Source: a virus (Duplodnaviria; Caudoviricetes). Taken from it: a stretch of 64,000 nucleotides of DNA. Every line of letters starts with the position of its first letter. The first letter of the stretch is position 1. This document shows, piece after piece, positions 37,508-54,017 of this stretch. The position numbers and the translations under genes were made by a program. Under the pieces are notes generated by a model. That model saw only the letters and a list, made by a program, of their open reading frames with translations. It had not been told where the DNA came from and did no database searches. The DNA lies in IMG/VR virus record IMGVR_UViG_3300036762_000065, positions 1-64,000 of that record. The stretch is one strand, 5' to 3'.

Positions 37508-38368
37508 ATGAGAAAACGTAGAGCTTCTGTAGGTAACGTCACTGTCTTTGATGTTAGCGGCGGTGCCGATGTTGATGATCGCGGTAGACTTGTGAATAGA
37601 GACATACCGGACGATGCTCGTAGGTCAGCAGGACACGCTAAATCTAAAGCACGTTCTCAAATGCGCAAGCAAAAGGAAGACGCCAAACAACTCATAGCTA
37701 AAGAAAAAGAATTGGAAGAAAAACCAAGAAGACGGAAACGTGTTGAAAAAGAACCTGAAAGCAAAGTAAGAACAAAACGAACAAGAAAGACAGTCGGCGA
37801 GTTAATTGCTTCCGATAAACCGAGAGACAAGAAACGCGCACAAAAAAGACTCACACGTTTAGGAAGTTCTGTATCCAACCTGGCTGCTGGACTTGATGAA
37901 GAAATCAATCTAAGTCCTGTATTTTTAGAACGTAGCGTTTCTGAGCAGGATTTCCAAACAGAGTATAACAAAATATTTAATACGTTAGGTTCATTGTGTA
38001 GAAAGCTAGAACTTAATATGAATGACCCCGATAGTAAAGTAGGCTCTAGGGATGTTTACGCATTAATGACAATGTATAGTCAAATGAGGGAGACTATCGC
38101 TGATCTACGTAGTATATCCGATGTTAATACCCAGTCCGAAATGTTAATTAATGAAGTATTTAATCCTTACCATAAAACTGTAGGTGAAATGCTGGTAAGT
38201 ATGCTTTATAAAATAATGACACATTTAAGACAATCTTTAAACGAGGCACAAGCTCACCACGTTGGTGAACGTTTAAAAGAAATCATTTCAGAAGAAGCTC
38301 AATCCTTACAGTCTCAATTTGAACATACTACGGAAAAAGTTGCTGTTGTTCTTAACGCGAGTAAATAA
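37508..38368 (+). CDS. Hypothetical protein (basic N-terminal half, helical C-terminal half)
   Basis: 286-aa ORF with AGGTG SD. Confidence 0.75.
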   Translation: MRKRRASVGNVTVFDVSGGADVDDRGRLVNRDIPDDARRSAGHAKSKARSQMRKQKEDAKQLIAKEKELEEKPRRRKRVEKEPESKVRTKRTRKTVGELIASDKPRDKKRAQKRLTRLGSSVSNLAAGLDEEINLSPVFLERSVSEQDFQTEYNKIFNTLGSLCRKLELNMNDPDSKVGSRDVYALMTMYSQMRETIADLRSISDVNTQSEMLINEVFNPYHKTVGEMLVSMLYKIMTHLRQSLNEAQAHHVGERLKEIISEEAQSLQSQFEHTTEKVAVVLNASK

Positions 38369-38694
38369 TGAAACGAATAGGCCCGCCTAAAGTAGGCGTA
38401 AAGCGCCCAAAGACAGTTGCTAAGATACGCCGCACTAAAATACAGTCTTACGGCACGTTCACTAATTGGATGGCTGTTCGTGCTCGTATTATAAAGCGTG
38501 ATGGTAATAAGTGCAGACGTTGCGGTTCCGCTGAACACCTGCAAGTAGATCACATTATACCTATTGCTAAAGGCGGACAGACTGTAGACGCTAATCTTTG
38601 GACGCTGTGTGATATATGCCACAGCAATCGCCCTGGACACAAAACTGCCAAGAAATTAATAATGCACAGTAGAAACAAAAAGCTACACAACTAA
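38368..38694 (+). CDS. HNH endonuclease
   Basis: RDGNKCRRCG...VDHIIPIAKGG...NLWTLCDICH. Confidence 0.92.
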   Translation: MKRIGPPKVGVKRPKTVAKIRRTKIQSYGTFTNWMAVRARIIKRDGNKCRRCGSAEHLQVDHIIPIAKGGQTVDANLWTLCDICHSNRPGHKTAKKLIMHSRNKKLHN

Positions 38695-38709
38695 GCCGAT
38701 GATACCATT

Positions 38710-39480
38710 ATGAAAATAAGCGTTATAGATACGGTAAGAAGCCTCAATAAGGAATTAGGTGTAGACAACTCTGCCGGCTTCCCTAGTATAGTGGATTCTG
38801 ATTATAGGCAGGTCTTTGATAAGTTTATCGACACAACGGTAGTCAAAGATATAAAGAAAAAGTGGCCTGCTGACACTGCGTCTTTATATGTTGCCATGGC
38901 TTTCGTAAATTACATTAGAGGCGTTGATAGTAAATCCGCACCAAGTATAAACTTATTTCAATGTAGTTTAAATCTAATCACGTTACTGCCTAACTCTGAA
39001 AGCATGTATAACTATTTATATTTAAACCGTTTTATAAATCACATGCGACAGTATACGCACACAGCAAGTATAAAGCATTTCGAATACAATGATTTTTTAG
39101 AAGCCTATTTTAATGTTAGTGTAGAAGGTTATATTGCGTATAAAACTAAAGGCAGATACACATTAGACGGACTTATCAATTCTGAAATTAAACCTCTTGT
39201 TTTTCCTCGCATGTTGCCTGACCAACTAAAGACAACGTACCGTGATAAGCCGCGTAAACTACTCGATTTACACCAGTTAAAGAAACGCCCCAACGATTGG
39301 TACAAACTAATACACGATAAGAAACTGGATTTAGTTTTGTATGTATCGAGAGCCAAATTCGGCACACTTGTTTTTAAGTACGAGTTTAATATTCCTAACC
39401 TTATATTCGCTAATGGTTCGAGTAAGCAAACGGTATTCAATACTATACTTGCACGTTGGGATAAAATACGAAAACTGTAA
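38710..39480 (+). CDS. Hypothetical protein
   Basis: 256-aa ORF. Confidence 0.75.
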   Translation: MKISVIDTVRSLNKELGVDNSAGFPSIVDSDYRQVFDKFIDTTVVKDIKKKWPADTASLYVAMAFVNYIRGVDSKSAPSINLFQCSLNLITLLPNSESMYNYLYLNRFINHMRQYTHTASIKHFEYNDFLEAYFNVSVEGYIAYKTKGRYTLDGLINSEIKPLVFPRMLPDQLKTTYRDKPRKLLDLHQLKKRPNDWYKLIHDKKLDLVLYVSRAKFGTLVFKYEFNIPNLIFANGSSKQTVFNTILARWDKIRKL

Positions 39481-39483
39481 ATA
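39476..39483 (+). promoter_or_regulatory. AAAACTGTAAATA promoter-like motif
   Basis: Recurrent motif, 26 nt before ATG 39510. Confidence 0.55.
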
Positions 39484-39509
39484 TGAGTAATAAATTAGGA
39501 GATTAAAGA

Positions 39510-40046
39510 ATGGCTATCAATTTAAAAGAAGCCTTGTTGTCTATGTCAGGCACTTCGAGGTTAGCTAGTACGCTCGTGGACCGTCTTAATGCACTAGATT
39601 ATAGTGAGTATCCTGTAATCGAGTCCACTTCATCTTCAGAGGAAGATGTTAATAATATGGTTGATACCATATTGAGTGAGTTGGAACGATCCGGTACAGA
39701 ATCTACTTACACTAGGATTTCAGAGGCTTTTGTTTATTTGCTGTCTGTGATTGATGATTTGCAGTCCGAGCTTACAGAGTTACGAAATTTATCCGAAACA
39801 AGTGCTATATATGAAGAAAGCACGGAAGAGCAGGTAAGCGACTTTAAATCAAATTTCTTGAAGTCCTTGCATCGCGGTCAAATAAGTTATTTAAAACAGT
39901 TCTATGATAGAAAACAATTCTTGGAAATGAAGCCGGCCACGAGAGCCGTTGTTGCAGACTGTTTATTGGAATACTGTAACGATTTAAATAAAAAACCCTC
40001 AGAACTCTGGGTATCACTCGCTGCGAATAACGGACATTTTAGTTAA
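39510..40046 (+). CDS. Hypothetical acidic protein
   Basis: 178 aa with AGGAG SD. Confidence 0.75.
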   Translation: MAINLKEALLSMSGTSRLASTLVDRLNALDYSEYPVIESTSSSEEDVNNMVDTILSELERSGTESTYTRISEAFVYLLSVIDDLQSELTELRNLSETSAIYEESTEEQVSDFKSNFLKSLHRGQISYLKQFYDRKQFLEMKPATRAVVADCLLEYCNDLNKKPSELWVSLAANNGHFS

Positions 40047-40057
40047 GAGGACATAAC

Positions 40058-46054
<5,997 letters not shown>

Positions 46055-46062
46055 GACATATT

Positions 46063-46707
46063 ATGAAAAACTTGCTGGTAATAACAGGAGCTTCCTGTAG
46101 TGGTAAGACAACTGTAGAATTAAAAATTCGAGAAGAGTTGGGTGTACGTCATTTAAGGACTACAACCACTAGACTGCCTAGAACGACAGATGCTAAAGGT
46201 TATTATCAGCATGTTAGTAAAAGCACGTTTCAAAAGCATTTAAAGTCTGGAGATTTTGCAGAGTATAATTGCTACGGAAGCTCCATGTACGGAGTTCTTA
46301 AGAGTTCATTGAATGATATACTTTCATCCGATGAAGATAACTGGTCAGTAGTACTAGATGTAAATGGAGCTAACGCAATATCAATGTACTGCAAACTACA
46401 TAACTTACCTATTAAATTATGTTGTATAGTTTTAGGAGTACCTACGCAAATTTTAATGCGTAGGTTATTTTCAAGAGTTCTTAGTGAGTACAAATCGGAC
46501 ATGTTAACACAGAGAGAAGCTGCGGATACATTAAATTTCAGGAATTCTGAGATAGTTGGATTTGACCATTTTCAATGTTATGAGACTTTGAATAGACGTA
46601 ATGAAGACGGCATTATTAAATACGCACAGATAAGCCTATTAGATAATGCTTCCGCTGAATCAATAGATAACATAATTTACATTGCAACTAAGTTTTTCGA
46701 GGAGTAA
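46063..46707 (+). CDS. Guanylate kinase-like NMP kinase
   Basis: GASCSGKTT, TTTRLPR, Y..VS...F, EY..YG..YG, LDVNG. Confidence 0.85.
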   Translation: MKNLLVITGASCSGKTTVELKIREELGVRHLRTTTTRLPRTTDAKGYYQHVSKSTFQKHLKSGDFAEYNCYGSSMYGVLKSSLNDILSSDEDNWSVVLDVNGANAISMYCKLHNLPIKLCCIVLGVPTQILMRRLFSRVLSEYKSDMLTQREAADTLNFRNSEIVGFDHFQCYETLNRRNEDGIIKYAQISLLDNASAESIDNIIYIATKFFEE

Positions 46708-46711
46708 CACA

Positions 46712-47224
46712 ATGCAACTTGGCAAAAAGCAACTACAGCGACAACAGGTTATCCTTGCACACTTGGGATTTTATAAACATAAATGTGACGGTATTTGGGG
46801 CCCGGACTCTATAGCTGCGAAGCGTAAGTTTGAGTCTAGTCCTTCTTTCATCCCTGCACTGCCTAATAACGGACTGCCCTTCGGAGAAAAAGAGAAGTAT
46901 CCTAAAGGTATTCGCATAGGAGCAGATCGTTTACTTACATACACTGACCCGAAAGGTAAAGTCGAAAATAACTTGACGCCTGAGCACATAAAGAAACTTG
47001 CAGGCGATTTGCTTATACTAGGTAAAGTAACGCAAGCAAATACACAAACACAGGCTCCTATTCTTATACCAAAACAAGAAGATGCTCCTGTTGTAACTAC
47101 AACTGAGGTTTTACCTCCTACTGCAACGTTAGAAAAAGCAGTTGAAGAAGTTAAGGCAGAGGAAAAGTCGAATCCTAACAACCAGAACAACCAGAACAAG
47201 CACAATCATAATCACAAAAAATAA
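46712..47224 (+). CDS. Peptidoglycan-binding-domain protein with a low-complexity tail
   Basis: QVILAHLGFY...DGIWGPDSIAA (PG_binding_1); ATG 46712 with GGAG SD. Confidence 0.7.
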   Translation: MQLGKKQLQRQQVILAHLGFYKHKCDGIWGPDSIAAKRKFESSPSFIPALPNNGLPFGEKEKYPKGIRIGADRLLTYTDPKGKVENNLTPEHIKKLAGDLLILGKVTQANTQTQAPILIPKQEDAPVVTTTEVLPPTATLEKAVEEVKAEEKSNPNNQNNQNKHNHNHKK

Positions 47225-47235
47225 GAGGTAGTATC

Positions 47236-47946
47236 ATGTATGACGTAAAGTTATCATACTCTTATTTTTTGAGAGGCGCGCACAAAGAACATCACATGTT
47301 CGCTTTTATGGATGGGCCTTTCACTATAGGAGAACACTCTTCTGACTTCTTAGGTTTCTTCGGGTTCGGAAGCTCTAACGTAGATGGGAATGCTGTAAGC
47401 CCTTTAATGAGAAAGACCGAGATGTTCTTTCCTATTAAAGTAAACCCTAATAAGACTTCAACAGAAAGACTAGCTGTTGTTGTTAAATTGCTAAATAAAA
47501 TATGCGATGTGTACGACGTAGGCGATCAAGAGCTTGAGACTGTTATCAGGTACTTCTTTATTGCAGAGGAAGATTACGAAGGTTATGTTATATCAGATAC
47601 GATGTTGTTGAAAGATATAGGCATAATTAATCCAACACATGCAGATAAGTACGTTAGACCTGTGCATCTTGGTGTGTGTTGTGGTGTAGATAGAAATGGT
47701 ATGAAGTTCTTTGGAATAGAAATACCTGACATCAATCTCATTTCTGGATATACAACGGAGTCTGTAGATAATTTCGATGAGTTCAATTGGGAGTTGTCTA
47801 CGCAAGTTAGTGTTTGGGATAACGTTAAAGGCATCCTTAATAAAATGATGAAACATAGATTCGGCTCAAAATCCTTAGAAGATCAAAATAATTACTTACG
47901 TACTCTTAAAGAAAAGATCAGCCACATATCAAACTATTCACAATAA
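47236..47946 (+). CDS. Hypothetical protein
   Basis: 236 aa with GAGG SD. Confidence 0.75.
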   Translation: MYDVKLSYSYFLRGAHKEHHMFAFMDGPFTIGEHSSDFLGFFGFGSSNVDGNAVSPLMRKTEMFFPIKVNPNKTSTERLAVVVKLLNKICDVYDVGDQELETVIRYFFIAEEDYEGYVISDTMLLKDIGIINPTHADKYVRPVHLGVCCGVDRNGMKFFGIEIPDINLISGYTTESVDNFDEFNWELSTQVSVWDNVKGILNKMMKHRFGSKSLEDQNNYLRTLKEKISHISNYSQ

Positions 47947-47963
47947 AGTATAATACTACACTC

Positions 47964-47990
47964 AAAAGAGCGGCAATTGCCGCTCTTTTT
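47964..47990 (+). terminator. Rho-independent terminator
   Basis: AAAAGAGCGGC-AATT-GCCGCTCTTTT followed by T. Confidence 0.88.
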
Positions 47991-48006
47991 GTTTCTATAG
48001 CAAAAC

Positions 48007-48032
48007 TGTAAATATGTTATATGTTATATGTT
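48007..48032 (+). promoter_or_regulatory. TGTAAATA motif plus (ATATGTT)x3 upstream of the DNA polymerase
   Basis: AAAACTGTAAATATGTTATATGTTATATGTT. Confidence 0.6.
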
Positions 48033-48056
48033 ATATATAGTTAAGGAAGCCTTATA

Positions 48057-51041
48057 ATGAAATTCACCAACGTTGAATTTTCGTATCCGCATTACAGCAA
48101 ACAGTTCGATGCTATTGATAAGTTTGATTACGTTCAATTAGCTAAACATAAAGGTAGTAATGGAAAAAAGATTTTACTTGTGTTGGACTATATGCCTCAG
48201 GAAGACCTTAATTCTTCGCGTTTGTTGAAAGGAGCTACCGGCACTCTGTTGAGTAGGTTGTTTGACTTAGCCTACACGTACTACGGCGCATCTAATACAA
48301 TAGATGAATACAGTTGGCTGGCCGTAACATATAACAGCTTTAAAACAGTACGTACAAGTGATGAGTTTAGATTGTCTGCGGATAAAGCGTTTCACAGTAG
48401 AATAGACCACATAATATGTGAATACGCCCCGGACTACGTTGTTACCTTTGGACCAGACCCGTTCAAAGCGTTAGGTTCTTCTGCGATAGATAAGTCTGAC
48501 GGTAAATACGGCAACTGGTACGGTGTACCTATAGAAACGTCCGCATCGTTTGAAGATAAAAGCCATTCTTTTACACTGTTCCCTACATTAAGTATAAACA
48601 CACTGGTAAATACAAACGCAAAAGGTGACGAAATATCATTAGCCGGGTATGTTGCTAGAAATCTCGTTAACGTATTAGAAGGGAAACTTAAATATAGTAT
48701 TCCAAAAGCACCCGAGTTTACTCCTGTGCTAATAGACAGTATACCAAAATTTAAAAAGATGCTTGTCCACATACGTAACAAAAAGCGTGTTGCTATTGAT
48801 ACAGAAACCGACAATCTAAACAGAATTAAAAACAGGGTACTTACAATACAGTTTGCGTCCTGTGTTAGCAGAGCATTCGTTGTTCCGATTTACCACAAAG
48901 ACAGTCCGTTTACTCCAAAAGAATTGAACTTTATTATACGAAATTTAAAGAACTTCTTTGAAGAAAAGAACAACAACGAGTACCATGTCTATACAAATGC
49001 AGTGTTCGACTTAAATGTTATGAGGCAGAACTTCGGCATTCGTTTTTATAAGAATAAAATATGGGATATGTTTGCAGGCGAGTTCGGCCACGATGAAAAT
49101 CTAAAGAACCTAAGCCCTATCACCGGACACTACTATTACAGTCTTTTAAACTTAAGTATGCAGTACGGCTCCACTTGCTACTACGATGCGGAGTTCGGTA
49201 AAAATAAACGTAAAACAATCGTTACGGCAGATTTGGATGAACAGCTTATTCACTATTGCTGTCTTGATGTTATAGTGCCTCTACTTATAATGACACAGCA
49301 AATAAAGCGAGGTCGTGACAGCAACTATGAGAAATATGAATCTATTGTAGGGGAGCAGATAAGCGATATGTTACAGATGTTCAGTACCCTTGAACACAAC
49401 GGTTGTCCGACAGACATTGACTACCTTTTCTTCCTTAAGTCCAAGCAAAGTCCTTTACGTATCAAACTCGAAACAATAATAGAGCAGATGAATAATACTA
49501 AAGGCGCCAAGACAGTCAATAAGATGTTGAATGCGCGTAGCGGTTGTCCTACTATAGGCTTGTTCGGCAAAACTAATGAACAGATGTTTAACCTACGTAA
49601 AGAAGAACATTTGCAAATGCTTTTCTTTGATGCCCTTAAACTAAAGCCTATATCTAATACAGTCAAAGGTGGTGGTAAGATAGATAAGAAATTCCAAGCA
49701 GAATATTCTGACGTACCTGAAGTTTCTTTATTTACAGACTTAGGCAAGCTTAAAAAGCTTATGAGTAGTTATGTACGCGCCTTTATAAAGCAGTGGGGTG
49801 CAGATGACGATATGCGTCACGATAGGCGTATACGGCCATACTTTCAGTTTTTGAAAGTAGTCACAGGACGAACGAGTGCGACAAAACCTTCTTTGCATCA
49901 AATTCCAAGTAGAGGCGAAGACGGTAAGCATATAAAACGTTTGTTTATTACAGAAGACGGCCGCATACTAATTAAAGTGGATTATTCAGCCCATGAGGTC
50001 CGTGGTTGGAGTCTAATAACAGGTGACACTAATATAGCGGCCGTGTTTGAAATAGGCAGAAGTTTACGAGAGAGATTTAAACTCGCGCCTAACGAACAAC
50101 TAGCAAAACGTATAGAGTATGAAGGTGACGTACATAAAATAAACGCAGCTTTTTTCTTTAGTATAGATATAACTAAAATAACCAAAGAGATACGAAACGC
50201 AGTAAAGCAAGTTGTTTTTGGATTGATCTACCAACAAGGAGACAGAGGTCTTTCGGAGTCTACCGGGCAAACTGTAGAAGCAATACGAAAATTGAAGAAG
50301 CAGTTTTTGGCACGCTTTCCCGTCGGCTCTAAGTGGTTTGATGAGATAAAGGCATTTGCACGTAAGCACTTATTTGTTGAAAGTCCTGTAGGAAGAAGAA
50401 GACACTTATGGCAATTCTTACTGCCGAAAAACGCAAAGAACGCTGATGCTGCACTAGCTAAAGCCGAACGGCTCGCTGTAAATAGTCCGGTGCAAGGACT
50501 AGGTTCAGACTATCTTGTACAAGGGTCAAGATGTATAGAGCAGTTGAAGTGGGACCACTTTAAAGCTACAGACCATTACCCTGATTTTTATCAAGCGAAC
50601 TCTGTACACGACTCGATATCTATATCATGTGCTTATGAAGATTTCTGGTTAGCTATACGAATAATAGAGCAGGGTTTAACTTCCGAAGTAGCTAAAGTGA
50701 ATGAAGAACGTCATGGAGTTAAATTCACTATACCTCTTGAGATTGATTTTGAGATAGGTTCTAACGAGCGCGATGCGAAATCCTGGGACTACTCTATAGA
50801 CCAGTTGTCCAATATCATAAAGCAAACAGTTAAGTTTCAGAAAGAGGAACTCGGACATAAGAAAGCTAATGTGTCTAAAGTCCACGATCAAATAATGAAC
50901 TGCCAATATGCTGACATGCCTCATTGGGCACAGAAGCAGTGTTGGAATCTAGGTCTTGAGTTGGAGGGAATGAAAGAAGACGTTAGACAACCTAATGAGA
51001 TACATGATATATCACAAAAACGCAGAGAGGAGGCAGCCTAG
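48057..51041 (+). CDS. polA: Family A DNA polymerase with a degenerate N-terminal UDG-like domain and a 3'-5' exonuclease
   Basis: IDTET exo I, NAVFD exo II, YCCLD exo III; TGRTS...PSLHQIP, DYSAHEVR (motif A), RNAVKQVVFGLIY (B), VHDS (C). Confidence 0.93.
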   Translation: MKFTNVEFSYPHYSKQFDAIDKFDYVQLAKHKGSNGKKILLVLDYMPQEDLNSSRLLKGATGTLLSRLFDLAYTYYGASNTIDEYSWLAVTYNSFKTVRTSDEFRLSADKAFHSRIDHIICEYAPDYVVTFGPDPFKALGSSAIDKSDGKYGNWYGVPIETSASFEDKSHSFTLFPTLSINTLVNTNAKGDEISLAGYVARNLVNVLEGKLKYSIPKAPEFTPVLIDSIPKFKKMLVHIRNKKRVAIDTETDNLNRIKNRVLTIQFASCVSRAFVVPIYHKDSPFTPKELNFIIRNLKNFFEEKNNNEYHVYTNAVFDLNVMRQNFGIRFYKNKIWDMFAGEFGHDENLKNLSPITGHYYYSLLNLSMQYGSTCYYDAEFGKNKRKTIVTADLDEQLIHYCCLDVIVPLLIMTQQIKRGRDSNYEKYESIVGEQISDMLQMFSTLEHNGCPTDIDYLFFLKSKQSPLRIKLETIIEQMNNTKGAKTVNKMLNARSGCPTIGLFGKTNEQMFNLRKEEHLQMLFFDALKLKPISNTVKGGGKIDKKFQAEYSDVPEVSLFTDLGKLKKLMSSYVRAFIKQWGADDDMRHDRRIRPYFQFLKVVTGRTSATKPSLHQIPSRGEDGKHIKRLFITEDGRILIKVDYSAHEVRGWSLITGDTNIAAVFEIGRSLRERFKLAPNEQLAKRIEYEGDVHKINAAFFFSIDITKITKEIRNAVKQVVFGLIYQQGDRGLSESTGQTVEAIRKLKKQFLARFPVGSKWFDEIKAFARKHLFVESPVGRRRHLWQFLLPKNAKNADAALAKAERLAVNSPVQGLGSDYLVQGSRCIEQLKWDHFKATDHYPDFYQANSVHDSISISCAYEDFWLAIRIIEQGLTSEVAKVNEERHGVKFTIPLEIDFEIGSNERDAKSWDYSIDQLSNIIKQTVKFQKEELGHKKANVSKVHDQIMNCQYADMPHWAQKQCWNLGLELEGMKEDVRQPNEIHDISQKRREEAA

Positions 51042-51373
51042 TGACATATTCTAGCGATAATACGCAACAGAAAAAAGACCTCATCCAGAGCGTTGTGGAT
51101 GAGCTAAATAGTGCTCTGGAGCTAGACAGAACGGCCCTGACCTGTTTGTTTAGTTCGTTAACAGCGTGTTCAATATCTCTAGGCAACTCAGATATTGAGA
51201 TAATACCCATATCAATATCTGATGGTACGTTTGCAGTAGGCACTCTTGGAATAATTAACGCTATAGTTAAAGCTTCAGGTAGTGAGCATAGAATAGCTTG
51301 TGTGTGCGGAGAGCACGGACTTATAGATAGATTTTTTATACATAAGTCCGTGCTCGTTGATACAAATGAATAA
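51041..51373 (+). CDS. Hypothetical protein
   Basis: 110 aa; GTG overlaps the pol stop; GGAGG SD. Confidence 0.7.
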   Translation: MTYSSDNTQQKKDLIQSVVDELNSALELDRTALTCLFSSLTACSISLGNSDIEIIPISISDGTFAVGTLGIINAIVKASGSEHRIACVCGEHGLIDRFFIHKSVLVDTNE

Positions 51374-51815
51374 AGACAATCCGACGGCAGGTCTTTATTT
51401 GGAGATAGCCGATAGATTTAAAACTGAGGTTATCTCCAACGGTTTAGAGTATGAAAAATATAGACAACTAATTAAAGTTATGGCCAAGAGTTCTAATTCT
51501 GCTGTTACTGTATCAAAAGGTAAATTGGTCATAGATACATCTGTACTGAATACAATTATCAGTAACGGGTACTCTAGTATTTATTCCAATATAGCCCGAG
51601 ATAAAGGATTCAACTCCATTGAGTCTCTTATAGATACTGTCGGGATAGACGGCCTTATAAAAGTAGATTTATTCTTCTACTCTCTAGTAAAGGACGGCTG
51701 GTATAATATTTACTTAATAGCAGACATGTACCCAATTTCAATAGGATATGTACCTCTATTGCAGAAACGTAATAGTCTTAAGTTTGTAGATAAGCCTGTG
51801 CGTTACATAAATTAA
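51366..51815 (+). CDS. Hypothetical protein
   Basis: About 149-aa ORF. Confidence 0.7.
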   Translation: MNKDNPTAGLYLEIADRFKTEVISNGLEYEKYRQLIKVMAKSSNSAVTVSKGKLVIDTSVLNTIISNGYSSIYSNIARDKGFNSIESLIDTVGIDGLIKVDLFFYSLVKDGWYNIYLIADMYPISIGYVPLLQKRNSLKFVDKPVRYIN

Positions 51816-51848
51816 GTGTAAAGATATAAAAACAATTTGGAGATTTTT

Positions 51849-53045
51849 ATGTTAAGGTGCAAGGTCACAGAATCAGGTCCTTCTTTTTCTTTTATTAGTG
51901 ACACTTCAAAAGTCACGAACGCAATAAACAAAGTTGTAAACGTTACTTCGTTTTCAAAATGTTCCGAAAATGAAAAGCAACATTTAATCGTAGCTTACAA
52001 TTCAGAGTTGTTTATCTTAGGATATTCTCCGGAAACTTTTGTAGTTGTGAGAGTGGAAGGAGTTGTTACAGACAAAGATGCGTCTTTTGGTTTTGTACCG
52101 AAGACAGTTTTAGGACTTATTAAAAATAGAAAGGAATTATCCTTTACTTATGACGGCAGTAGATTAACATTGAAAGCTATACAAGGGCAGTATAGTGCAG
52201 ACCTTACAACAACAGAAATAACATCCTCCCAGTTGCCTTTTATAAACGCTAAACTTAAACCTAAGAAGGAAGCTGAACAGTCGTTAGATGCCAACACTCT
52301 TGCTAAGATTCGCACAGGCGTAAATTATGCAGATATCACGAACGCTTACAACAAAGATGAAAAACCTTTATGCCACATAAAGTTAGAGAAGAAGGAACTT
52401 AAAATAGGCGCTTTCGACAACCACCATTTTGTGCAATATACAACTAAGGTAAATTCGACAGACAGCTTTAAAATTTCTATGTCTACCGAAGTATTTAAAC
52501 TTGTCGATAAATTTATTGCAGATGAAAAGGATACAGATTCCGATTTTTCTATACGTAGTAATTCTTTTGAAGTAAGAGGAACAAACTACACAATAAGTTT
52601 GCCTCCTATTCAGGTTGAAGACAGTGCTTTCAACACTATAGACATATATGTTAAAGGTCTTAAGGCACCTGTTGGTAAATTGAAGTTCAACTCTAGTGGT
52701 ATAGATACAGTAGACAATATGTTTACTTTAGCTAAAACTGATTCCAGACTGACGATGTGTGTATATGACAACAATAAGGTAAGTATATCGTTAAAGACAG
52801 AAGAAGGCAGTATTTCAGATGCCTTTAAATCTAGCCTAGTAGAATTAACAGGTATGGATAAATTTCAGTTTATGGTTAACCCTACTATATTCTCCGATCT
52901 ATTTAATAAGATCGACAAGAAGCAAGATTTACCTATTCAATTATACGCTAAATTAAATAACGGCACTTCTTCTTGTTTCATCATACGCAATAGGCCGGAC
53001 GAAGACAGTAAGTTGCTGTTATTAGGTACTTACTATGAGCAATAA
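51849..53045 (+). CDS. Probable sliding clamp (DNA Pol III beta-like)
   Basis: About 398 aa with three repeated alpha/beta segments; GAFDNHHF resembles beta-clamp ATDGHRL; replisome context. Confidence 0.55.
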   Translation: MLRCKVTESGPSFSFISDTSKVTNAINKVVNVTSFSKCSENEKQHLIVAYNSELFILGYSPETFVVVRVEGVVTDKDASFGFVPKTVLGLIKNRKELSFTYDGSRLTLKAIQGQYSADLTTTEITSSQLPFINAKLKPKKEAEQSLDANTLAKIRTGVNYADITNAYNKDEKPLCHIKLEKKELKIGAFDNHHFVQYTTKVNSTDSFKISMSTEVFKLVDKFIADEKDTDSDFSIRSNSFEVRGTNYTISLPPIQVEDSAFNTIDIYVKGLKAPVGKLKFNSSGIDTVDNMFTLAKTDSRLTMCVYDNNKVSISLKTEEGSISDAFKSSLVELTGMDKFQFMVNPTIFSDLFNKIDKKQDLPIQLYAKLNNGTSSCFIIRNRPDEDSKLLLLGTYYEQ

Positions 53046-53484
53046 AACAAGTTTGATATTTTCACTGGCTGATTCTTTTGAGTATCAGCCTTCAGACTTA
53101 AATGTTTTTATTGAACTAGGGCATGCTGCGTTAGGAACTTACCATATTGCTATATTCAATAAAAATGTGGTAAGTTCAATATTGAATATAGAGTATGATA
53201 ATGTTGTTGAGTTAAACAAATTCTGTTCTGCTTACAATATCATAAACAAAAGAGGGTCAGTTTACGGAACGTTATTTTCTGTCGATATACGCAAAGTGAC
53301 ACTTAATACTAAGCACCTTATTATACATAATGTTGAAACCCCAGTACACGACTACAACGTTTATCCTTACGCTAATGAGAAGTCAAATCTTCTATTCTAC
53401 AAAGACAGCGTAGATACCGTACTTGTGATAACTTCGGTTCCGGAAGAAAATCCTTTCATTGTATTGGACGAAAAAAATGGCTAG
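53035..53484 (+). CDS. Hypothetical protein
   Basis: 149 aa, overlapping both neighbours. Confidence 0.7.
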   Translation: MSNKTSLIFSLADSFEYQPSDLNVFIELGHAALGTYHIAIFNKNVVSSILNIEYDNVVELNKFCSAYNIINKRGSVYGTLFSVDIRKVTLNTKHLIIHNVETPVHDYNVYPYANEKSNLLFYKDSVDTVLVITSVPEENPFIVLDEKNG

Positions 53485-54016
53485 TAGAGAGCAGTTGCAG
53501 TTACTAAAAAGAACTCTGTATAAAGATGAGCGGTTATTGAGGCTCAAGGAAGCCTTCAATAATTTGCCTGAATATAGAATGGACTTCAAGGACTTGCACG
53601 ATGAAATAGATACTATGATGACTACAAGACCTTTGCGTTCTTTAAACAGGAAAGACAACTTCGTTGACAATCTTGTTGAGGCGATGATGGTAGATCAACA
53701 GTATAGAACCCGCGTTACTGAAATCCTTATGTCTTGTGTCAAAACTGAAAAACACTTATCTAGGTCTGTAGATCACCTTAGCGATTACTTAAAGACAGAA
53801 TACCACAGTAACATCTACAGTCTGTATAAAACAAAAGCAGACCGAGAGTCTTTTGTTGATTATGTACTTAGGAAGTTCATTGTTTATTTAGACAAGATAG
53901 ATGAATTAAAGCAAAGATGCGCTTTACTTACAGGAGATATTGATAAAGCGGGTTACATGTTTAAAGGACTCTTGGAAAGTGTCCAAATAAGCGCCCGTAA
54001 GACAGTGGAGTACTAA
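53477..54016 (+). CDS. Hypothetical helical protein
   Basis: About 179 aa, coiled-coil-like. Confidence 0.7.
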   Translation: MASREQLQLLKRTLYKDERLLRLKEAFNNLPEYRMDFKDLHDEIDTMMTTRPLRSLNRKDNFVDNLVEAMMVDQQYRTRVTEILMSCVKTEKHLSRSVDHLSDYLKTEYHSNIYSLYKTKADRESFVDYVLRKFIVYLDKIDELKQRCALLTGDIDKAGYMFKGLLESVQISARKTVEY

Positions 54017-54017
54017 C

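Noticed and set aside
53477-54016. UvsY-like recombination mediator
   Set aside because: Only size, helicity and neighbourhood suggest it; no motif I can verify.
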